Source: Patescibacteria group bacterium
Lineage (GTDB): Bacteria > Patescibacteriota > Patescibacteriia > S139-126 > S139-133
Assembly: GCA_049604715.1 (NCBI GenBank)
Contig: JBMYTV010000006.1
Span: 1 to 63,284 of the forward strand
Length of the DNA stretch: 63,284 bases
Reading direction: 5' to 3'
The notes beneath the pieces are model-generated. The model was not told where the DNA came from and did no database searches. It was given only the letters and a program-made list of their open reading frames with translations. Made by a program: the position numbers and the translations under genes. Shown one piece after another: positions 34,154 through 43,231 of the stretch. Every line of letters begins with the position of its first letter. Positions within the stretch are counted from its first letter, which is position 1.

Positions 34154-35020
34154 TTGACAATAATACATCTTATATGCGTAAATACATGTAGAAGCATAAA
34201 TACAATTTCTATGGAATTTCCTTGCGATGAATGCGGCCAGTATAAAACTCCATCACTTACCATTGATGGAATTGTACTTCATGAAGGCAAGATACTACTT
34301 ATTAAAAGAGGAGTAAAAGATGAAGCTTTTTATAATGAATACGCTCTCCCTGGCGGTTTTGTTGAATACGGAGAAGAAACTGAAAAAGCTACTATCCGCG
34401 AGGTGTGGGAAGAGACTGGCCTTAAAACAGAGATAAACCAACTGGTTGGTGTTTATAGCAAGCCGAACCGCGACCCTAGGCGGCATGTTATTTCAATAGC
34501 ATATTCACTAAAGGTAATCAGTGGCGACATCAAAGAATCATCAGAAACCAAAGATATCTCTTGGTTTGACTTAGATAATCTACCAAAACTAGCCTTTGAC
34601 CACCAAAGAATCATTACAGATTTTCGTGAGAGTAATAAAATGTTTAGTGACTATAACGGATGGCAACTTGATAAAAAATTAGTATTTTGTTCTCATTCAC
34701 GCCATTTCATGCATGCTTCACTTCTGATCTGTAAATATGTAATTGACCAAGGAGGTGTGCCAATAAATTCATTTACCAATTTTGGCTATTTTCTCTACGA
34801 ACTAGTCTCTAGGCACGACATTGCCGAGGGTATAAACAACATCATTAATCGCTGCGATGAACAATGGGTATTTGGCCCAATTGGTGGAGGTGTTGGTATG
34901 GAAATTGAAATGTGTAAAAAAATGGGCAAAAAAATACGCTTTTTTGATATTGAGGAAAATGACAACCCCATGATGATTACCGAAACCACTGAAGAAGCGC
35001 TCAGAAATAAATACCCCTGA
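34154..35020 (+). CDS. zinc-ribbon + Nudix hydrolase fused to an uncharacterised C-terminal domain (start more likely the ATG at 34211)
   Basis: Nudix box GGFVEYGEETEKATIREVWEETGL. N-terminal CDECG. The C-terminal ~120 aa (KLVFCSHS...WVFGPIGGGVGMEIEMC) may have a nucleoside-deoxyribosyltransferase-like fold (weak). Confidence 0.65.
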   Translation: MTIIHLICVNTCRSINTISMEFPCDECGQYKTPSLTIDGIVLHEGKILLIKRGVKDEAFYNEYALPGGFVEYGEETEKATIREVWEETGLKTEINQLVGVYSKPNRDPRRHVISIAYSLKVISGDIKESSETKDISWFDLDNLPKLAFDHQRIITDFRESNKMFSDYNGWQLDKKLVFCSHSRHFMHASLLICKYVIDQGGVPINSFTNFGYFLYELVSRHDIAEGINNIINRCDEQWVFGPIGGGVGMEIEMCKKMGKKIRFFDIEENDNPMMITETTEEALRNKYP

Positions 35021-35048
35021 AAAACCCCGCCACTCAGGCGGGATTTTT
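35021..35048. terminator. bidirectional terminator between convergent operons
   Basis: aaaa-cccgcc-actca-ggcggg-attttt. Confidence 0.7.
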
Positions 35049-35049
35049 A

Positions 35050-36159
35050 TTAAACTTCAATCTGTTCTAAGTACTTAAGTAATATATCATAAAATGTTTG
35101 CAATGACTCTATACTTACCCATTCACCATTATTATGCCAGTCTGCTCCATCCGGCCTGGTAATAAGCACGGGCATCTCTGCGCTTGAGAAGAAACGAGCA
35201 TCTGAGCCACCTGCCTCCACACCAAAGTTCACCTCACGACCTAGAATACCTTCAGCTACGCTCTTGTATTGCTGTAAATATTCGTCATTAAAATCAGTAA
35301 AACAAATATCACCTTGTGCTTGTATTTCAAAGTCAGCATCATGATCCTTAACAACCTTTTTGATAATTTCATACCACTCATCAAATGAGTGCTTTTCTGT
35401 AAGACGAACATCAAAGTATGCTTCGCATTTATCTGGCACTTGGTTGATAGCATTACCAGCCTGTATCTTTCCTATGTTGACTGATGGACGCCAATCATCC
35501 TCTGACTCTGGTTTTGGAAACTGTTTTTGTAAATCCTTATACAGTAAACACACTTTATTAATCGCATTGTCACCAAGCCACGGACGAGAGCCATGAGCAG
35601 CAGTCCCGTGGAGTGTTGCCTTGAAAAATATAAGCCCCTTTTGGGATGTGATAATAGCATCCATAGCACCACCATCAGGAACAATCACAAGCTTTGCCTT
35701 ATACCCCTGCTCGACTAAATACTGAGCTCCATTTTGCCCACCTACTTCTTCATCTGATGTAAGCATAAGCCCTAGCTTGAGCTCAGGTCTAGTCTTGTGA
35801 ACCTTTTGAAAGGCAAGAATACTTGCCGCAACTGAACCCTTCATATCCGCAGCACCACGGCCATACAATTTATCACCTTGTATACGCGGCACAAACTCCC
35901 TCTGCTCAGCTTCAATAACATCCAAATGTCCTGCGAGTAACACATCGAATTCTTTTGTATCGTGCGTTGATGCTACAAGTGACGGTTTATCATTTTGCAT
36001 GTATTTGCTAATTGTAAAACCATTTTCACTCAAATAATTCTCACAAAAATCAACCACATTTTGAAGATGGTGCGGCTTTTGTGCTGTTGACTGAAATAGA
36101 ATAAGCTCTTTTGTAAGCTCAACTATCTGTGTGTGTGGATTGTCTGTTTGAAACATCAT
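35050..36159 (-). CDS. M20-family metallopeptidase/deacylase (ArgE/DapE/LysK-like), paralog a
   Basis: LAGHLDVIEA, GRGAADMKGSVAA and TSDEEVGG motifs. About 50% identical by eye to 40581..41690. Confidence 0.8.
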   Translation of the reverse strand: MMFQTDNPHTQIVELTKELILFQSTAQKPHHLQNVVDFCENYLSENGFTISKYMQNDKPSLVASTHDTKEFDVLLAGHLDVIEAEQREFVPRIQGDKLYGRGAADMKGSVAASILAFQKVHKTRPELKLGLMLTSDEEVGGQNGAQYLVEQGYKAKLVIVPDGGAMDAIITSQKGLIFFKATLHGTAAHGSRPWLGDNAINKVCLLYKDLQKQFPKPESEDDWRPSVNIGKIQAGNAINQVPDKCEAYFDVRLTEKHSFDEWYEIIKKVVKDHDADFEIQAQGDICFTDFNDEYLQQYKSVAEGILGREVNFGVEAGGSDARFFSSAEMPVLITRPDGADWHNNGEWVSIESLQTFYDILLKYLEQIEV

Positions 36160-36170
36160 AAAGCGTGAGG

Positions 36171-37655
36171 TTATTTTGAATAAATGGATTTTAGGTACTC
36201 GATATAGTATTGGGGCTGCATAGCGTCACCAGTTGCATTCCTTAGCAAAGTCTCTGGTGCATACCGTTTACCGTGCTGCCAAATGTGACTACTAAACCAG
36301 TCACGTATAGATGTAAAATCGCCCCCAGCAAAGGCCTGGTCATACTCTGGGTACTCAAGTGTATATGCTTTCCACATTTGTGCAGCCTGTGCAGTACCTA
36401 GGACATAGTTTGGGAAATACCCAAGCATTCCATATGGCCAATGCACATCTTGAAGACATCCTTCACTAAGTGTTTTTGGCTCAGTACCAAAGTTCTTTTT
36501 CATATCTGCATCCCACCTCTTTGGCAAGTCTTCCATAGATAAAGCCCCATCAAGCAGATCTCGTTCAATCTGATAACGAATTGCAACATGTATGATATAA
36601 CCAACCTGGTCACTATTAACACGATTAAGTGAGGGTTGTATGCTTCGTGCATATTTTGCAACCTGCTTTGCGTCAATGTCTTTAGCACGCGGTTCAAACT
36701 CAGCAAGTTCACGAAGTGCATACTCCCAAAATCCATCGCAAAGCATAATATAACTATCAAACAAACGTGCTTGTGATTCATCAATACTAACAGACACAGC
36801 GCGGTCAAGATCTGTATCAGAGTATTCATCAAGTACATACTGGTCATACAAACCATGACCCATTTCATGTATTGCTATTTGAATTACTTTAAACAAGTCA
36901 TCATTTCCAAGTGGAACAAATAGTCTTGTGTCGTGTTTTGACACTTTACGCTCACGTCCATGAACAGCTGTACCTAGCACTCCGCGAGTAAAGTCAAACC
37001 CCATGCCAGCAAGTAGTGTTTCTAAGTAAGCTTTTTTGGTATGTGGATCAAGTTTTATACCCTTTAACGGGTCCGCTACTACCTCACTATGATTTTGAAC
37101 AAGATTCTGCGCAACAGGAAGTAGCTGAGAAAATAGCACCTCAACATCAGCGTAGGTGGTGCCTTCTTCATACACATCAAGTAACACATCATATACAGGA
37201 CGACGAGAGTCAATGATCTGGGCATACTCCCGACTCATAGCAATCATCTCTTCAAAATACGGTGCATACATTCTAAAATCATTTGCTTGTTTTGCTTTTG
37301 TCCATTGTTCAAATCCTTTGGCTTTAATCTCTGTATACTGTTGCACAAACTCTGCAGGTAGGCGAGCTTGTTTGTGATAACTCCGCATTGAGAGCTCTAC
37401 TCCGCGACGATCCGCCTCTGATAGATTTTCACGCTGATCATATAAATCATGCAACGCGCTCACATACTCTGATGATGTGAGAACCTCGTGCATCATACGC
37501 TCAAGCATACCAAACTCATGCGAACGCCTAGGCAGGGCCTGCTCAGGAAGTGCTTGCTCGCGATCCCAAAGCAAGACATCACTAATACTAGCTAGTTTCT
37601 TATACTGCTGTAGTGTTGATCTATATATTTGTAAACTTTGTTGTAGCGGTGACAT
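36171..37655 (-). CDS. M32 carboxypeptidase (Taq-type)
   Basis: HEMGHGLY zinc motif, a DVHW motif, and length and overall pattern typical of the M32 family. Confidence 0.8.
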   Translation of the reverse strand: MSPLQQSLQIYRSTLQQYKKLASISDVLLWDREQALPEQALPRRSHEFGMLERMMHEVLTSSEYVSALHDLYDQRENLSEADRRGVELSMRSYHKQARLPAEFVQQYTEIKAKGFEQWTKAKQANDFRMYAPYFEEMIAMSREYAQIIDSRRPVYDVLLDVYEEGTTYADVEVLFSQLLPVAQNLVQNHSEVVADPLKGIKLDPHTKKAYLETLLAGMGFDFTRGVLGTAVHGRERKVSKHDTRLFVPLGNDDLFKVIQIAIHEMGHGLYDQYVLDEYSDTDLDRAVSVSIDESQARLFDSYIMLCDGFWEYALRELAEFEPRAKDIDAKQVAKYARSIQPSLNRVNSDQVGYIIHVAIRYQIERDLLDGALSMEDLPKRWDADMKKNFGTEPKTLSEGCLQDVHWPYGMLGYFPNYVLGTAQAAQMWKAYTLEYPEYDQAFAGGDFTSIRDWFSSHIWQHGKRYAPETLLRNATGDAMQPQYYIEYLKSIYSK

Positions 37656-37762
37656 ATGAATATACTTACTATTGTACCATTAATACCTTTGAGTAACTCA
37701 AAAACATTATTAGTAGGCTCAGCTTTGCTGAGCCGTTTTATGTTAATTAGACAGAGATACAC

Positions 37763-39043
37763 TTATGACCATTTTCGATAGAACTCATCCGAGACGAAGA
37801 AAACCGGACAGACTCCGCATTCTACATGGTTATTAGCGCCAACGTTGTGCATGGTATTACCATCGCCCTTGTGCATTGCGCGTCTACCAAAGTAGTATGT
37901 GGTATCTTTACCAGTACGCATCTGACGAAGCTCCAAAGCAAAGTGATCACTTCCAACCTGGTTAGGCGTAGCAAAGCGCTCTTGAACATTTGACTGCGCC
38001 AACTGGTTACCGGCCTGCGTTGCAGCTCGCAAATCGCGAATCGACGGTTTGAGATTTAACCCATCACCACCAAATTCATTGGTGGGTTTCATGATGATAT
38101 TTTCCACACCCCCTAATCCAGGTAGAATATCACTTATGAAATAGTGATTCACAACCCAGGAAGGGACAACGCCATCAAGATGACCGGTATGAATCATCGA
38201 GCTTTTTTGCCCAATAAAAAACCATCTTGGATCGGGTGAGCAATTTACGTCAACCGGATTCTTAAAAAAGAAATCGACATAGCGCTCATATACCTCTGCA
38301 CCAGCCGCCTCAATATCAAGTGGCAGCGCTCGCCAGTGAATGCCGCGGATGTAAACCTTGGTACTGTTATCCCTATAATACAACCGTTTTCCTTCGCGAC
38401 GAATTACTTCAAATCCTATAACCGGCGTGCCAAAATAATGCTCCAAGGCAAAATGATCATGCCTTGTTTTTTGCTTTTCCGGTGCCACATCAACAACCAC
38501 ATCAATACCTTCAGTATCACCTTCAGGAAAAAGTACCTCCCTGACTTCCTTGATGTATTCATCCAGTGATGCGTGTCGCCAAAACGGACTTAAATCAGCC
38601 AATGCAGGGAACTCTTCTCTCCATGCTTCAGCCAAAACCAGTAGAAACATTTGCCACCCGGAAACATTGATATGATACTCAAGCATCAATGTCTTCCACG
38701 GCTTCTCTTTCTCTGGACGAACCACTGTATGATCCAAAGTGGCTGTTAGTACTTCTGGACCAGGGTGGTCTATCATATTTGTTTCAGGATATGGACTTTC
38801 TGCCCAATGCTGACGAATAAACTCATCTTGTCCGACAACATCCAAAACACCATTACCTTGTGCATTCATCCGTTCAGCTAAACTACGCCGAAGCAAAACG
38901 GGTGTAAAACCAAAGATATCCCAGGGGAATCTTGATGGGTCAACATTTATCATCCGGCAAGCGCGATCACGTACGCGCAAAAATGCGGCTTCAGATGATA
39001 TGTCTGCGAATAGTTCTTCGAAGAACCGATGATTCATACTCAT
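37763..39043 (-). CDS. ATP-grasp-like ligase (glutathionylspermidine-synthase / circularly-permuted ATP-grasp type)
   Basis: IIMKPTNEFGGDGL (ATP-grasp K-P...G-G-x-G motif) and a C-terminal ...RRAMHKGDGNTMHNV pattern. By-eye assignment. Confidence 0.45.
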   Translation of the reverse strand: MSMNHRFFEELFADISSEAAFLRVRDRACRMINVDPSRFPWDIFGFTPVLLRRSLAERMNAQGNGVLDVVGQDEFIRQHWAESPYPETNMIDHPGPEVLTATLDHTVVRPEKEKPWKTLMLEYHINVSGWQMFLLVLAEAWREEFPALADLSPFWRHASLDEYIKEVREVLFPEGDTEGIDVVVDVAPEKQKTRHDHFALEHYFGTPVIGFEVIRREGKRLYYRDNSTKVYIRGIHWRALPLDIEAAGAEVYERYVDFFFKNPVDVNCSPDPRWFFIGQKSSMIHTGHLDGVVPSWVVNHYFISDILPGLGGVENIIMKPTNEFGGDGLNLKPSIRDLRAATQAGNQLAQSNVQERFATPNQVGSDHFALELRQMRTGKDTTYYFGRRAMHKGDGNTMHNVGANNHVECGVCPVFFVSDEFYRKWS

Positions 39044-39105
39044 GCTACTACCTCGATCTTTTGAGGAATTGAGTTTAAAGGGCTCTTATGTATAACCCCT
39101 ACCAA

Positions 39106-40266
39106 TTAAAGACCCAGCTCAGCAGCGAGCCGGTTATGTGCTTCCATGTACGGATTTCTTCCTGCTTGAAAATCGCGCATCATTCGCATTGCACCATTTT
39201 CTTGATTTTTAACTTGCTGTATCAATGCTGCGTGCTGCGGTTGATACTGAAGTTCATTCATAAATGGTGCTACAAAACGAATCAACCCTTCCAGCGCATC
39301 GCCAAGACATCCTTCCTTACCGCGGTTAAAGGGATTGTAGAAATGAGCATCCATATTCTGCAATCCAAGTGTCGCAATTCCTATATTAACGCGCAGTTTC
39401 TCATCATGTTTAAAGTCATCTTCTGGAACGTCCAAATTAACACCTTCTACAAAAAAGGCATGAAAGAGTGATGCAATAGTTGCTGTCAAAGTCTGCGCTT
39501 CAGACGGCAAGCCAGGCAAATCACAAATGCGGCTTTCCGCAGTATAAATACTAAATCTGTTAAAAAACCACAAACGCGTCCATTGCTGTGCTACTTTATG
39601 CTTTAAAGCATACTCCATCTTCTCCAGAAAACTTTTAACATCCTGAACTTCAGGGGGTATAAAACGAACCAACTGAAACGACAACCACCTCTGCAAACGC
39701 ATTGAATGGTATGAATAACCACACTCAGTGTCATACGAATTTGCAGAGATCGCTGCTAAAAGCGGGGACAGCATATCCATCATCTTCAAAACTCTGATAC
39801 CACGATCAGTAAGCTCTTTCACTCCGAAATGAACGTGGAGAGAAAAAGCATTTGCAGCTTCTAATACTTGTGGTTTGCGATTCTTCAACAGTTCATACCC
39901 CTCGTCAGCAGGTATTCCAGCGAGATGACTCCCAGGTAGCCATGCTACTGGTATCATATTGTATCTGTGCTTCAGCCCTGCTTTGAACAACTGCTCATAC
40001 AAACAGCGAATGCCTTGCATTGACTGTCCGTTCCCTGTCCAAACACTCGGTGTCTTACCTTCTATGGTATGAAACCGCCATTCTGGACATGCTGTCACGC
40101 AGTTACTGCTGTTAATCACTTCCATCACCATCCTTTGACCATCCTCATCCATAGGGGTAATGACTCGTCCATCAGGACTAACAAATGTTACAAAGGGCGC
40201 TTCTATTTCACCGGCAAGCGTGCCTAAAACGTCACTTCCAATAAATTCCTTTCCAGGTAGTGCCAT
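39106..40266 (-). CDS. glutamate-cysteine-ligase family 2 (YbdK-type carboxylate-amine ligase), paralog a
   Basis: AFSLHVHFGVKELTDRGIRVLKMMDMLSPLLAAISANSY matches the GCS2 signature (lHVHvGv....P.LlAlsAnSP). Confidence 0.65.
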   Translation of the reverse strand: MALPGKEFIGSDVLGTLAGEIEAPFVTFVSPDGRVITPMDEDGQRMVMEVINSSNCVTACPEWRFHTIEGKTPSVWTGNGQSMQGIRCLYEQLFKAGLKHRYNMIPVAWLPGSHLAGIPADEGYELLKNRKPQVLEAANAFSLHVHFGVKELTDRGIRVLKMMDMLSPLLAAISANSYDTECGYSYHSMRLQRWLSFQLVRFIPPEVQDVKSFLEKMEYALKHKVAQQWTRLWFFNRFSIYTAESRICDLPGLPSEAQTLTATIASLFHAFFVEGVNLDVPEDDFKHDEKLRVNIGIATLGLQNMDAHFYNPFNRGKEGCLGDALEGLIRFVAPFMNELQYQPQHAALIQQVKNQENGAMRMMRDFQAGRNPYMEAHNRLAAELGL

Positions 40267-40355
40267 ATTTGTATCTCCTATAATTATTTCAACGTGCTAT
40301 TTATTAAACTTTTTTGTTTTTATACAGACACGCATGTGTAGTATGTATACCCTAT

Positions 40356-40390
40356 AAAAACAAAAATCTCGGATCCCTTTTGGGTCCGAG
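40356..40390 (-). terminator. rho-independent terminator ~200 nt downstream of M20 paralog b
   Basis: Minus strand: ctcggaccc-aaaa-gggatccgag followed by atttttgttttt. Confidence 0.7.
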
Positions 40391-40580
40391 TACGTTTTCC
40401 TTAATTTTGTATAGAAACGTTTACACTGACCCAACTACCGGCATAATCAAAATAACCAAGACCAAAATAATAGCTGTCTTAGCTACGATCATGTTGTATG
40501 TAGTGGGTTTTGTAAGCAATTTCGTTTCCATACAAAGCTTAGGATAAAGCATGTATGTAGCTTTGTCAAATTAAACTTAG

Positions 40581-41690
40581 CTAGTTTTCCACAGAGTGGC
40601 AATCTAATAAAAACTTGCTTAGAACCTCATAATACTGATATAACGACTCAAGTTCAATATATTCTCCACCATTATGGATGTTATCACCAACTGGATTACT
40701 TATAATTACGGGCATGCCACGACTTGAGAAATACCGAGCATCAGAAGCACCTGCTTCAACACCAAACCGCACCTCTCTTCCAAGGATAAGCTCGTTTGCC
40801 TTTTTAAACAGTTGTAAATACGGGTCATTAAAATCAGTAAAACACATATCGCCTATGATCTCTATCTCCACCTCTACACCACGCGCGTCACAAATACTAG
40901 TAATTATTCCAACCCACTCTTCAACTTCATGCTCCTCAGTGAAACGCATATCAAGTCCAGCAGTACAGAGCGCGGGTACTTTATTAACAGCTGTACCTGC
41001 ACTTATAGTGCCCATATTAATAGACGGCTTCCAATCTTCTTCAGCAGTAGGACCAGGAAATGCTCTCACCAAATCACCATTAAGACCCATCATGATAGCA
41101 ATAGCATTTTTACCAAGCCACGGACGTGATCCATGCGCTGACTCACCTTTGGCAGTTAATTTAAACCTTATAACCCCTTTTTGAGCAGTAACAATACGAT
41201 CAATATCACCACCATCTGGAACAACAACGACATCTGCTGTGTATTCTTCAGCCTCAAGAAGATATCCCACACCATCAGGACCACCAATCTCTTCATCACT
41301 TGTTAGCATCAATCCTATACTATGATCTGGATAGTTTTGACCATGCTGCTTCATAGCCATCATCAAAGCCGCAACTGGCCCTTTCATATCAAGTGCACCG
41401 CGTCCATATAATTTACCATCACTGATCTTGGGTACAAAGTCTGATTGATTTGCACCTACAACATCAACATGCCCATTAAGCAGAACATTAAAATGTTTTG
41501 TTTTTTTGTTGCTCACAACAATTGATGGGACATTATTGTGCTCATATCGTCTTATGAATAAACCACTCTCCTCAAAAAACTGCGCACAAAAATCTACAAC
41601 ATTATTTAAATGATGTGGCTTATCAGCAGTTGATTGAAACACAATCAACTCCTGGGTCAAGGTTTTAATGTCTTGATATATTTTGTTCAT
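40581..41690 (-). CDS. M20-family metallopeptidase/deacylase, paralog b
   Basis: LNGHVDVVGA, GRGALDMKGPVAA and TSDEEIGG motifs. Confidence 0.8.
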   Translation of the reverse strand: MNKIYQDIKTLTQELIVFQSTADKPHHLNNVVDFCAQFFEESGLFIRRYEHNNVPSIVVSNKKTKHFNVLLNGHVDVVGANQSDFVPKISDGKLYGRGALDMKGPVAALMMAMKQHGQNYPDHSIGLMLTSDEEIGGPDGVGYLLEAEEYTADVVVVPDGGDIDRIVTAQKGVIRFKLTAKGESAHGSRPWLGKNAIAIMMGLNGDLVRAFPGPTAEEDWKPSINMGTISAGTAVNKVPALCTAGLDMRFTEEHEVEEWVGIITSICDARGVEVEIEIIGDMCFTDFNDPYLQLFKKANELILGREVRFGVEAGASDARYFSSRGMPVIISNPVGDNIHNGGEYIELESLYQYYEVLSKFLLDCHSVEN

Positions 41691-41779
41691 AGGCTCATTG
41701 TTATGTATCTCTTCACCTTTGTCTATGCTTGATAAACAAAACTGAAGAGATGGCGTCGATTTTCGACGCCAGATGAAAA

Positions 41780-42931
41780 TTAAGAAGTAAACGTATTAAA
41801 TGCGTACACACGGATAGCATTGTGATCTGCCAGCTGCAGCGAACGAATACGCTCAGCACCGGTTGCGGCACCATCAAGAATAGTTGTCACAAAATCTGTA
41901 CATGGAAGCGCATCATACACATCCACTACTATACCAACAAGCTGGCGCAAGAACATCTCAATCTGTACGCTTTCATTTTGAAAGTTCTGCGTTACAGCAT
42001 CACGCCAATTACCAGACCAATTCGCAAGTTGGATATTCTGCTGATCTAGCATTGAGGGTTCGAATTGCTCGGGATAAAAATCTGGGCGCTGAAAATGAAA
42101 AATAGACATCAGTCGAACCATGAGCTCAGCAATATGCTCTATATGCTGAGGTAAGAACGACATATCTCCCATCGCCAATTCCAATCGATAAAACTCATTA
42201 GTTCCACCATTTGGAATTTGCTTAATCCTTATCCACGGCCACCCTTTGTGTACTATGCTTTCCGGCTTACTTCCTTGAAACGGCATGCCAAATTTGTTGA
42301 TAAATTCATCATAATCATCTAGCGAATCTATCCACAAAGGCTTGATCGTGTGATCAACAAACCGCCAATACATACCACGTTCGCAATGCCCAGTGTCACT
42401 GTACGACGACAACAGCGCCATAAAAGGATTAATAAAAAAGTTAGCGATATTGAACATACGAACAATGTCACTAGCTGGTATCGCAACACTTACATGAAGC
42501 GCAGCATACCTGTTGAACCTGATATTTGCCTGTCGTTTCTGTATAAGCATGTTTTGCCATGCTTCCTGATAGTATCCACGGCCCGCTACCTTTGACACAT
42601 ACTCCTCTGTTACCTCAAAATCAGAATCAAAAATGCCTGAAAATGGTACTACCATAATACCAGTACGATTGAACAGTTCGCGTAATCGGTTTTGAGTCTC
42701 TGTTATAAAGCCAGCAATAGAGTTGAACTCAGTGAAAACGTCGCTTTGGATCTCTGCCTGCAAAGCAAGAAATTCGTAATCAAGCCAATCAGGGCGCTCA
42801 TCTGCATTAAACTGACACAATCGTTCAAACGATAGCAGTTTCCCATTTTGGTCAGTTAGAATACCCTCAAACTCAAATCCGTGATTCAAAATCTGATCTG
42901 GATTTTCCAGACGCGTACGTTGCATTTGCAT
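41780..42931 (-). CDS. divergent GCS2-type carboxylate-amine ligase, paralog b (start revised to MQMQRTR)
   Basis: GFEFEGIL near the N-terminus and YAALHVSVAIPASD...FMALLSSYSD (degenerate GCS2 signature). AAGGAG lies 6 nt upstream of the ATG at 42929-42931. Confidence 0.5.
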   Translation of the reverse strand: MQMQRTRLENPDQILNHGFEFEGILTDQNGKLLSFERLCQFNADERPDWLDYEFLALQAEIQSDVFTEFNSIAGFITETQNRLRELFNRTGIMVVPFSGIFDSDFEVTEEYVSKVAGRGYYQEAWQNMLIQKRQANIRFNRYAALHVSVAIPASDIVRMFNIANFFINPFMALLSSYSDTGHCERGMYWRFVDHTIKPLWIDSLDDYDEFINKFGMPFQGSKPESIVHKGWPWIRIKQIPNGGTNEFYRLELAMGDMSFLPQHIEHIAELMVRLMSIFHFQRPDFYPEQFEPSMLDQQNIQLANWSGNWRDAVTQNFQNESVQIEMFLRQLVGIVVDVYDALPCTDFVTTILDGAATGAERIRSLQLADHNAIRVYAFNTFTS

Positions 42932-43152
42932 ACGTATCTCCTTTTTAATCATGTATGAATATTTCGATGTACTTTTATGTGCTACTATAAATTCTTTAAA
43001 CTTGAAGCAGTACACAAAAAAACTGACCTGTGGCCAGTTGCGCTTTCATCTAAATTTGGGTGATTATACGAAAAAGCTGCTAGCCACGTGCCAGATTAAA
43101 GAAGTAATAAAAGAAAAACCAATTGTTGGATAGCATTTGTTTCATAATGCAT

Positions 43153-43181
43153 GTACTATAACGATGCGTCTCCATATTGTC
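43153..43181 (-). promoter_or_regulatory. sigma-70-type promoter for GCS2 paralog b
   Basis: Minus strand: TTGACA (43176-43181), 17-nt spacer, TATAGT (43153-43158). Confidence 0.5.
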
Positions 43182-43196
43182 AAACATCTTTTTCCA

Positions 43197-43226
43197 CAAT
43201 AAAAAACGCGAGTTATTACTCGCGTT
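43197..43226 (-). terminator. rho-independent terminator after the T-box-controlled gene
   Basis: Minus strand: aaacgcgag-taataa-ctcgcguuuuu. Confidence 0.7.
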
Positions 43227-43231
43227 TTAGT

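Noticed and set aside
40314-40547. 77-aa + strand ORF in the gap between M20 paralog b and GCS2 paralog a
   Set aside because: It has no promoter or RBS, crosses the minus-strand terminator hairpin, and is antisense to the surrounding operon. It is kept only as an alternative to the minus-strand micro-ORF.
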